Shown here: positions 54,076-64,000 of the stretch, in pieces
Layout: each line of letters opens with the position of its first letter
How positions within the stretch are numbered: the first letter of the stretch is position 1
Assembly: GCF_006345805.1 (NCBI RefSeq)
Contig: NC_042999.1
Coordinates: 103,230,001 to 103,294,000, forward strand
DNA from: Octopus sinensis
Lineage: Eukaryota
Length of the DNA: 64,000 nt
Direction of reading: 5' to 3'
The notes under the pieces: model-generated
The model's input: the letters and a program-made list of their open reading frames with translations, nothing else
Told to the model about the DNA's origin: nothing
The model's database searches: none
Program-made: the position numbers and the translations under genes

Positions 54076-54301
54076 ATATATAAATAGGCTGACAAATTTG
54101 AAAAGTAAAAGTCTATTTCGCATGTTAGGATGTAGGAGCCGTTGAACTGATCTATCACGAGCAGATATCTTATGTTGCTTATATGTTCCATGCACTCCTA
54201 ACCGGTTATCAAAAGCAATTATCATTTTTCTTTCAAATTCTGTTTTCTGGTGGGTAATTTGAGCTATCGCCTCATATATACATATCTACTCACACCAATA
54301 C

Positions 54302-54350
<49 letters not shown>

Positions 54351-54354
54351 CACA

Positions 54355-54401
<47 letters not shown>

Positions 54402-54740
54402 AGTGTATAATTGTCCTTCTGATTGAATACAAAACTAAGTAACTGGAACATGAATTCGAACATTGTAGAGTACAATCTATTTACCATAATTGAATATGTA
54501 GATTACTGATTAAGTTTCGTGTTGTTGCTGGTTGTATTAGTGAACAACTGAATGAAATATCAAATAACTATAAGTGTGTATAGTTGGGGTTTAATTGGTA
54601 TAGTATATAAATATATATATAAAGCAGAACTATCGCCTTCTAAAACATTCTGAATGGAAATAGTGGATATTCCAGGTAATTTCAGTATTGAGAAACTCTT
54701 AATTTATATACTTATAAGTTATTATTGTAAATACGACCCA

Positions 54741-55138
54741 GTTTCAAATTTTGTCACAAGGGCAGTAATTTTGAAGGGAAGGAACAAGTCGATTACATCG
54801 ACTCAGTGTCCAACTGGTACTTATTTTATTGACCCCGAAAGGATGAAAGGCAAAGTCGACCTCGGCGGAATTTGAACTCAGAACGTAAAGACAGACGAAA
54901 TACCCATTTCTTTACTACCCACAAGGGGCTAAACTCAAAGAGGACAAACAAGGACAGACAAACGGATTAAGTCGATTATATCGACCCCAGTGCGTAACTG
55001 GTATACTTATTTAACCGACCCCGAATGGATGAAAGGCAAAGTCAACCTCGGCAGAATTTGAACTCAGAACGTAACGGCAGACGAAATACCGCTAAGCATT
55101 AGGCCCGGTGCGCTAACGTTCTGCCAGCTCGCCGCCTT
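54741..55138 (-). mobile_element. Young dimeric SINE (family B)
   Basis: Closely resembles the reverse complement of 27525-27912, including the internal tandem duplication. Confidence 0.9.
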
Positions 55139-55192
55139 AGGCTTATGTGTAATAATAATAAATAGTTAACTTGACTATACAGCGTTATGACT

Positions 55193-55897
55193 TGCATGGC
55201 TCAGTAGTTAGAGCGTCGAGCTCACAATCATGTGGTAGTAAATACGATTCCCTGACAGGGCTATGTATTATGTTCCTGAGCAAGACACTTTATTTCACCT
55301 TGCTCCATTTCATTCAGCTGTAGAAATGAGTTACGACGTTACTGGTGCCAAAGTGTATCGGCGTTTGGTGTTCCCTTGGACAACATCGGTGACGTGGTGA
55401 GGGAAGTCCAGCATGCATGGGCGACCGTTGGTGTTCCATAAACAACCTTGCTCGACTTATGGTTTAGAGGGGAGCTCTCTAGGTGCATTCCCATGGTAGT
55501 TCATGACCGAAGTGTGCCTTTATACTTTACTATTTTTACAGTGTTGTAGGTAAATTAGAGTAGTGCATTATTAATGATGTGAAAGCGCGTGAGTCAGTCG
55601 TTTGGGTATTCGGTTCGCGATCGCAAGGCCATGATTTTGTCCGCCGGCGCGTTGCGTATTTGAGCTAAACACTTTATTTAACGTTGCTCCAGTCCATCCA
55701 GCTAGCAAAAATAAGTAGTACCTTTATTTGAAAGGGACTGCCTTGTTACATTTCGTGTCACACTGAACCTTCCTCAGAACTATATTAAGGATACGCATGT
55801 CTGTGGCGTGTTCAGCCGCGTGCACGTTAATTTCACGAGAGGCTGTTCTGGTGATCGGATCAACTGGAACCATCGTCGTCGTAACCGACGGAGTGCA
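55193..55897 (+). mobile_element. Two adjacent tRNA-derived SINEs
   Basis: Heads at about 55193 (TGGCTCAGTAGTTAGAGCG) and about 55581; the second ends GGATCAACTGGAACCATCGTCGTCGTAACCGACGG. Confidence 0.8.
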
Positions 55898-57313
55898 TGG
55901 TAATTGATGGAGTAGAAGGATGGAATGCAAAGTTTAACAGAACAAATTATTTGATATTTACTGTAGTGAAGTCACACGGCCTAGTGTTTAGAATTTGGGG
56001 CTGCTGATAGTTAGGTCGTGAGCCAATTTCTTGGACAAGGTAGTACGTTGTTCCTAAACAAGACATTAAATTTCACGTTATATTAGTGTAGTCATGCTAA
56101 AAATAAGTGAGAGTGGCACATTGGCGTTAATCTTGCGACTGGCCTGCGACTCGTTTAGCGAGGAGTCTTAAAATCTTAGCCAAAACAATTTGAAAATCCG
56201 GAACAAGATTCGGACGTATGGAAACTGCAGGCTCGAGTGAGACTTGTTAAGTTGTTAAAGATATTGTTATCTAAGATGTAAAGTACTTAAGTAGAACGGA
56301 AGGGCTACTTGACTGTGGGTTGCGTTGCTATTGTATTTACGTTTAATGCAAAATGAGACAAAAAATATGGTAGTATGAGGAATGCTAGGCTGGTTATCTA
56401 ATGTAGCGTTAGAAATGTATAATGCAGAATGTAAGGTGAACGTGTCTTTCAAAGCAAAATTGAGGATTAACTATCAGTATAATGTGTATCAGCTCAAGTT
56501 GAAATTACTATATAAATTATAGATGGTTTAGAAAATATAATTTGGATCTGCTGTTGCAGTTTAGGGGTAAATTGACTACAAGCCGTTACTTAGGCGTATG
56601 AAACAAGAATAATTCGGAGAAATGTAAGCTTTGTCTCTATTAATGCTAAATCATTAGTTAGGATTAAGGGTTAATTACAATATAGAGAACTGTATGACTA
56701 TATTCTAGACTAGGATGTATCGATATCAAATAACTAACCAACTGTATATCTAGTAGGAAGACTGTTATATATCAATTAATTTGAGATATCAAAAAAGATC
56801 AATTACAGTTAATGATCTTTTATAAAAATCAAAAAGCAAAATCATATTTAACTGTAAACCTATTACATGAATTGATAATTAGCATCCATAGACACAAATC
56901 TAAAATATAATTATACCGTTCTCCAAAACAATACCCTTACAACATTCATTATTTTATCAGATTATGAAATTTAAAGTTTGAAGATATTATTTGTTTAATG
57001 TTTATTAACAAAATATGCAGTATTCTAATTATACGATAAACTTAACTAACGGTTTATACCGAAGTTATTACTAAATTGGGAAATCCAGCCTAATTGCTTG
57101 TATTTCCTCTAAATTAGTTTTGTATTACGTATAGAATTTGCAGCTTGATCTGACACTTTTAATACATAGGCAATTAACCTTCATTTATTCTTCTTTAAAA
57201 CACGTTGACATCCACCTTACTTTCTACATTGTATCATTAAAGCTAATGTAGCATCTGTGCAGGAACAATATTTATTTTTCAAAGAAATTTATTGTTTCAG
57301 TAGATCACAGATC

Positions 57314-57316
<3 letters not shown>

Positions 57317-57372
<56 letters not shown>

Positions 57373-57373
57373 G

Positions 57374-57404
<31 letters not shown>

Positions 57405-57434
57405 GTATATATATATATGTTATATATATATATG

Positions 57435-57467
<33 letters not shown>

Positions 57468-57544
57468 GTATATATATTATATATATGATATATATATGTA
57501 TATATATATGTATATATATTATATATGTATATATATATATATAG

Positions 57545-57632
<88 letters not shown>

Positions 57633-57691
57633 TAGTATATATATATATATATGTTATATATATATATATATGTATATAATATATATATATG

Positions 57692-57740
<49 letters not shown>

Positions 57741-57748
57741 TATATATG

Positions 57749-57833
<85 letters not shown>

Positions 57834-57871
57834 GTATATATATATGTATATATATATGTATATATGTATAA

Positions 57872-57912
<41 letters not shown>

Positions 57913-57941
57913 ATAATATATGTATATATATATTATATATG

Positions 57942-57972
<31 letters not shown>

Positions 57973-57973
57973 G

Positions 57974-58036
<63 letters not shown>

Positions 58037-58141
58037 TATGTATATATATGTATATATATTATGTATATATATTATGTATTATATATATGTATATATATAT
58101 ATATGTATTATATATATATATGTATATTATATATGTATATA

Positions 58142-58186
<45 letters not shown>

Positions 58187-58273
58187 GTATATATATATGT
58201 ATATATATATGTATTATAATATGTATATATATATATAATATATATATATATGTATATATATATTATATATATG

Positions 58274-58308
<35 letters not shown>

Positions 58309-58331
58309 GTATATATATGTATATATATATG

Positions 58332-58362
<31 letters not shown>

Positions 58363-58390
58363 GTATATATATATGTATATATATATATAG

Positions 58391-58424
<34 letters not shown>

Positions 58425-58515
58425 GTGTATATATATGTATATATTATATGTATATATATATATGTGTATATATATATGTAATATATATATGTATATATAT
58501 ATGTGTATATATATG

Positions 58516-58562
<47 letters not shown>

Positions 58563-58743
58563 GTATATATATATGTGTATATATATGTATATATATATGT
58601 ATATATATATATATGTATATATATGTATATATATATGTATATATAATGTATATATATATGTATTATATATGTATATATATATGTATATATAATGTATATA
58701 TATATGTATATATATATGTATATATATATATTATATATATATG

Positions 58744-58793
<50 letters not shown>

Positions 58794-58806
58794 TGTATAT
58801 ATATAT
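57317..58806. repeat. About 1.5-kb (TA)n microsatellite with G interruptions
   Basis: Direct observation. Confidence 0.98.
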
Positions 58807-59013
58807 AGATCGCCATGTTGATTCGTTAGCTACTGCACGCATTTTTTCTCTCCTTCTTTCTGTGTTTTTCTCTCTCTGTGTATCTTTCTGTTGAAGAGCG
58901 TAGGCTCGAAACGTTAAAGACTTATTTATATTTCCTGAGCGCCATACTAATACAATTGTTCGTTTGTTTTCCACCTGCCTTCGTCTTTTGTTTATTTTCA
59001 TAAAGCTTCCCGT
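58807..59013 (+). mobile_element. Short hammerhead-bearing unit embedded in (TA)n (Penelope pLTR/retrozyme-like)
   Basis: About 205-bp non-microsatellite island, homologous to 35345-35586. Confidence 0.65.
58883..58920 (+). ncRNA. Minimal type I hammerhead ribozyme-like motif
   Basis: TCTTT-CTGTTGA-A-GAGC-GTAG-GCTC-GAAAC-GTT-AAAGA: 5-bp stem I, 4-bp stem II and palindromic AACGTT stem III; the core has one deviation (CTGTTGA vs CTGANGA). Confidence 0.6.
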
Positions 59014-59055
<42 letters not shown>

Positions 59056-59062
59056 TATATGC

Positions 59063-59114
<52 letters not shown>

Positions 59115-59201
59115 GCATATATATATATATATGTATATTATATATATGTATATATATATATATATATGTATATATATTATATGTATATATATATATATAT
59201 G

Positions 59202-59243
<42 letters not shown>

Positions 59244-59342
59244 ATATATATGCACACACACATACATTTATATATGTGTGTGTATGTATGTATATATAAG
59301 TATACAAGCATGCACACGCACACAGACTCATACGTATACATT

Positions 59343-59487
59343 GGTTTCAAACTTTGGCACAAGGCCAGCAATTTCAGAGAAAGGTAAAGTCGACTTCGGC
59401 GGAATTTGAACTCAGAACTTAAAGACGGATCAAATACCGCTAAGCAGTGTGCCCGGCGTGCTGATGATTCTACCACCTCACCACCTT
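59343..59487 (-). mobile_element. Internally deleted SINE (family B)
   Basis: GGCACAAGGCCAGC..AAAGTCGACTTCGGCGGAATTTGAACTCAGAAC. Confidence 0.8.
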
Positions 59488-59558
59488 ACAGACATACATA
59501 TATATATATATAATATATATATATATCCATCCATCGATCCACCCATCCGTCCATACAT

Positions 59559-59589
<31 letters not shown>

Positions 59590-59599
59590 TACACACACA

Positions 59600-59915
59600 T
59601 TGGGTCATCCCATAAATAATGCACTTTTTTACACTCTTATTTTTCAAATTTAGATTAATAAAGTTTTTTTAATCTAAACTATATCCTGCTTCATTTTCTA
59701 CAATGCTCTTTCATCTATCTGCTAGACTTGCAAGGCCACTCCTCCAAATTCCACTTGTCCGTAACGAAAATACTACCCTAGTACTGTACTGACCTCGTCT
59801 ACAGAATTCTTATTTTTCTGTCCAAATGATTTTGAAGACTGCGGAATAAATAATATTCAGATGGAGCAATGCCCGGCGAATATGGTGGGCTATTACCGTT
59901 CCCCATTCAAAATGG
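59600..59915 (-). mobile_element. mariner transposon 3' remnant
   Basis: Minus strand PPYSPGIAPSEYYLFRSLQNHLD matches the mariner YSPDLAPSD motif; TIR-like ATTGGGTCATCCCATAAATAATGC at about 59600. Confidence 0.85.
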
Positions 59916-60920
59916 TCCTTCAGTATGGCCGCAATCCAATGGCTTTAAAAGTTTGATACGTATTTACTCTTGTGTATACATATATATATATAAATAGACA
60001 TACACATCTATTCTCTACTTCTATTTCTGCTTTATTACGTGCAGTTTTATTACACGTAACAGGAAACCCATAAGCAAATAAACATATTTATAAAAAGAGG
60101 ACTTGTACCGCAATAGAGTAAACACATGCTGAGTATTACATATCTTTTGATGGGTACATGTTTGTACACAAGTACAGAAATTCTCAATATGTACACAACT
60201 ATGGAAACAGATTTCTATACAAAAACAAACGTGAACACATTAAGAGGCACATATTTATATGCATATATACTCGCATGTACACATACAGATTCACCTATGC
60301 GTATATAGAGAGATACGATTACAATGCATGTGTAAACACATACTCACACACATATACATAAACACCAATAAACATACATGCATACAAACTTACAAACATA
60401 CATACGTGCATACATACATACATTCATACATGCATGGAATCATATACACGTACAACAGCTATATTACACTCGAGGCATAAGGAGAATTATGGTTTCTTAT
60501 TGTGGTTAATTAAAAATAATCACGTAAACAACTCTAGCAATCATCATCATTTTAATCATCATTTTCGGTATCATCATTCATAATTGGTAGCGCAGTAAGA
60601 ACAGTACAATTCCGAATCATAAAATGCCTTAGAGCATCTAATTTATTTATTTTACAGGAAATTAAAAAAATAAATAAATATGGGCTTTACAATACACGTA
60701 GGATAGCGAAACGATGGAGGGATAGAACAGTAGCCACTGTAATGAGAAGCATACTTCTGGCACTGAATCGTTTAAACTCAACGCGGTTATGTACGAACGA
60801 CATTAGCGTAAGGGTGTCGGACGTAATGGAAATCAAGGTGGTCGTTAATAGAATCAATGTACTGGCAAAGCACGCTTTAAGCAACAAAATTTAGATTCCA
60901 GCTCTGCAGTTACGTAACAT

Positions 60921-62114
60921 CGTAATGTACACAGGGTGATAATACTGTATTTCAATATTTATTTATGTATTTCAATATTTGTTCAATATTTGTTTATGAA
61001 TGATTTTGTAAAACCGATGAAGTCGACTTCCCTAGAAATTGTAAGCTTTGTGTCAAAATTTTAAGGAATAAATATTATTGAGTGATAGAGCAGTGCATAC
61101 CCTCAAAGTGACACTGGGGTAAAATATACGAAGCGCAGTATACCCATCATGACTACCTGTCTGATAAGGGTACATCAGGCACATGCATCACAGCCATATG
61201 TTTCGCGACATGTAGTTCAGTGTTATGAGTTGTTGAACATATGGTTTTTGTTAAGATGCTTGAACTATATTTTTAGCTAGATTTCTAAGATAAGAACTGG
61301 AATGACTTTATGAGCAGTTCACTCAGAAAAAGACTGATATGGGGTCATACTCGATAGGTTGAGATGTGGTGAACGTATTATCTCCGAATTTCATTACGTC
61401 CTGTTCATCTTAGCTTAACAGTTTTTATCTTATCATGCTAGAGTAACCGCAATACAACAAATCCTCCTCTTGTGAGAATGATGTGTTCTATTGTACAGGA
61501 GAAACACCTACAAGGGACTAAATACTATGCTTGTTCGTTATATACCCATATGGACCAAAATGTGATCAGGCTACATCATTTGTGGACGACATTTGCGGTT
61601 AAGTGACTGTGATCTCCATTTCTGAAGCACTTACGTCAATATTTCTCTGTTAGTCCTATATTCTAGACAGAGTTTCGATTATCTTTGCATTCTGTAGAGG
61701 ATTTGTAATCTTTCAAAGATCCATTAAGTTCTTTGGATGTTGTATACGTCGACAAAGTGGACTCAACAGCAATTCCACAGAACATTTCTTTACAGACTAT
61801 TGGCAACATCCAAAAGTCTCTTGCCTGGTAATGCATCTGAGGAGCATTGTTAGAGACAAACTTTAAAATCACGGGCCTGATTATAATGGGTCACTTCGTA
61901 ATGCACACAGGGTGACTATACTCTATTTCACAGACGCGTTCAATATTCGTTTATGAAATTGCAAGCTTTGTGTCAAAATTTTAAGGAATAAATATTATTC
62001 AGTGATAGAGCAGTGCATGCCATCAAAGTGACACTTAGGTAAAATATACGAAGCAGAGTATACCTATCATGACTACATGTCTGATATGGGTACACCATGC
62101 ATCACAGCCATATG
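60921..62114 (+). repeat. Local duplication: 60921-61200 and 61897-62114
   Basis: Shared CGTAATG.ACACAGGGTGA..AAGCTTTGTGTCAAAATTTTAAGGAATAAATATTATT.AGTGATAGAGCAGTGCAT..ATGCATCACAGCCATATG. Confidence 0.92.
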
Positions 62115-62508
62115 GGCACATGGTAAACAGCGCATGACTTTGTAGGTTGGAAACAGAATTTTCTTCAGGTCAAGTATCCCACCCCGCTCAAAAGGTTCCT
62201 GAATAAGTATTGTTTAAGGACGATGTACGAAATACCCATGTTTCCAGGGGTGAATTATTCAACACCCCAAAAATTCCTCTCAACACACAGCTGTGATGTC
62301 CCCTACTACTCATGATTGTCATCAGAGATGCGCATATCGTTACCTACGTGCTCAACCGGTTAAATTCAAACAAATGACAAGAAAATTTGTGGTACTGAGC
62401 AGAATATTTGCTGCAACCCATCTTTAATACCAAGACAAAACAAGTACGTAACAAAACTTTCAATCAGTTGAGAAACCATGAGAGTCACTGCCTGGTGCTG
62501 CATCAGGC

Positions 62509-62520
62509 TATTATTATTAC

Positions 62521-62572
<52 letters not shown>
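62509..62572. repeat. (TTA)n microsatellite at the 3' end of the R4/Dong-like element
   Basis: Direct observation. Confidence 0.97.
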
Positions 62573-64000
62573 GCATTTCAACAGCTTCTAACGCTGGAGA
62601 TGTACTACGGTGTTAGCTGTTCACTACCAGTGAACACCTCTTTTCGAGCATCTTCGGGAGTATTTGAGCGGAGCGATTCCAAGCAATCCTGTTTTCTGCA
62701 AGTGTCCCATCCTTATTGCAGCCCCTATTTGTTCCATGCACTTCTCGAGATTTTTGCTCACTGTTCCCAGAGCCCCGCCAATTATTGGTGCAACTACCAC
62801 CTTTTTCATCGACCACAACTGCTTAACTTCCCGCGCTAACCTGTCATATCCCTCGACTTTTCTTTTTTCCTCATCGCATACCTTGTTGTCAGTTGGGCAT
62901 GCTATATCTATGATCAAGCATAGTTTCTTTTTTCCTCAGTTAAGACTATGTCTGGCTTCCTATTCTCTATCCCATGGTTGCACTGAACTGGTATAACAGA
63001 GATTTCCTTCGAGAGCATATCTAACCCAGTGGCCCAGTGGTTAGGGCAGCGGACTTGCGGTCGGAGGATCGCGGTTTCGATTCCCAGACCGGGCGTTGTG
63101 TGTGTTTATTGAGCGAAAACACCTAAAAGCTCCACGAGGCTCCAGCAGGGGATGGTGGTGATCCCTGCTGTACTCTTTCACCACTCTAAAAGGCGGTGCT
63201 CCAGCATGGCCGCAGTCAAATGACTGAAACAAGTACAAAAAAAAAAAAAAACCCTGCCTGGGTTCTTCTTTTCCACCATGGATCTTTTCTTCTGTCACTC
63301 CCATTCTGTTTCTTTTTCATGACATCGACACCCACATTTTCTGCTACGACAATACTTGCTGCCTTGATCAAATTATTTGTTTCTGTGATGTTGTTTGTTT
63401 TGATGTATTTCGGAATTTCATTGACGTTTTTTGTTTCTTGATTCAATTTCCATCAATCAACCTTTCTAAGGTTGCAAATAATGTCGCTATCGTTCCCCTG
63501 TAGTCTTGCTTTTATTCTGTCGTAGATTGCCTTTTGTTGATTTGTCATGTCGCCATTAGTTTTGTTGTCTTCTTTTAGATCATCTATATGTCTCTCATCA
63601 ATTAAACTACAACTGCTCCTTTCCTGTGCTATGGGATTACTCTCACTGGTAAGAACTGTATTTTCATCGTTATCGCTGCTGCTATTTTCCATGACCCGTC
63701 TTTTGATAGCTTCGAGCTCTAATTCTGTGAACCAACGATTTTTTTTCTTATTTCTCTAGCTTGATCACATAGTCTATTTCCCATGAGCTGAAACAATCCC
63801 TTTTCTCTCCAATGATCATACATACGTTGTCGGTAACCCCTAATTTGAGCACCATTTTCATCTACCGGGTTGCTCAGGTAGTAACACTCCATGACCACAG
63901 CATTAATTTTCTTGCTCCATCTACGCCGTGTATGGTGGTCCATGTCTGGATATCGACAGGCTGCAGCCGGACCAGAATCTCTGAGCCTGCCTGGTGCAAC
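62573..64000 (-). mobile_element. R4/Dong-clade RLE retroposon, internally deleted (RT missing)
   Basis: N-terminal RRRWSKKINAVVMECYY..GYRQRM..W..RLCDQAR, ITETNNLI.AA and PWWKRR; C-terminal RLE motifs NRKPDIV..IIDIACP..K...Y..L..E...LW..PIIGGALG; ends in (TAA)n. Confidence 0.9.
63028..63250 (+). mobile_element. Chimeric SINE (head of the 20412 family, tail of family C)
   Basis: Matches 20412 up to CTTTCACCAC, then switches to AAGGCGGTGCTCCAGCATGGCCGCAGTCAAATGACTGAAACAAGTA plus poly(A). Confidence 0.85.

Noticed and set aside
57403-58692. 429-aa Y/I/M/C/V-rich ORF (and similar ORFs at 1.2, 11.9, 17.8, 33, 44.5 and 59 kb)
   Set aside because: Translations of (TA)n/(TATG)n/(TG)n microsatellites, which lack stop codons by composition.

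Overview
AT-rich, repeat-dense animal genomic DNA. The SINE and microsatellite make-up looks like Octopus or another coleoid cephalopod; this is inferred from repeat style and not verified. There is a 100-N assembly gap at 22485-22584. No host protein-coding gene can be identified with confidence, and most listed ORFs are translations of (TA)n, (TG)n or (TATG)n tracts. Real coding signal comes from transposons: a near full-length, frameshifted CR1-group LINE (36.2-41.1 kb, minus), an internally deleted R4/Dong-type RLE retroposon (62.6-64 kb), Penelope-like RT remnants, a second CR1 3' remnant and a mariner fragment. Non-autonomous Helitrons, a mariner-type MITE, many tRNA-SINEs and a 5S-derived element are also present. 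The most interesting observations are (1) a tRNA-headed, hammerhead-carrying element in a fold-back arrangement beside a 266-bp palindrome (46.3-47.3 kb), (2) hammerhead-bearing units embedded in (TA)n, (3) a LINE ORF1 combining a Myb/SANT-like domain with a CCCH finger, and (4) several orphan exon-like segments, one of them Cys-rich (CCPKC). Coordinates were counted by eye and repeat boundaries are approximate.
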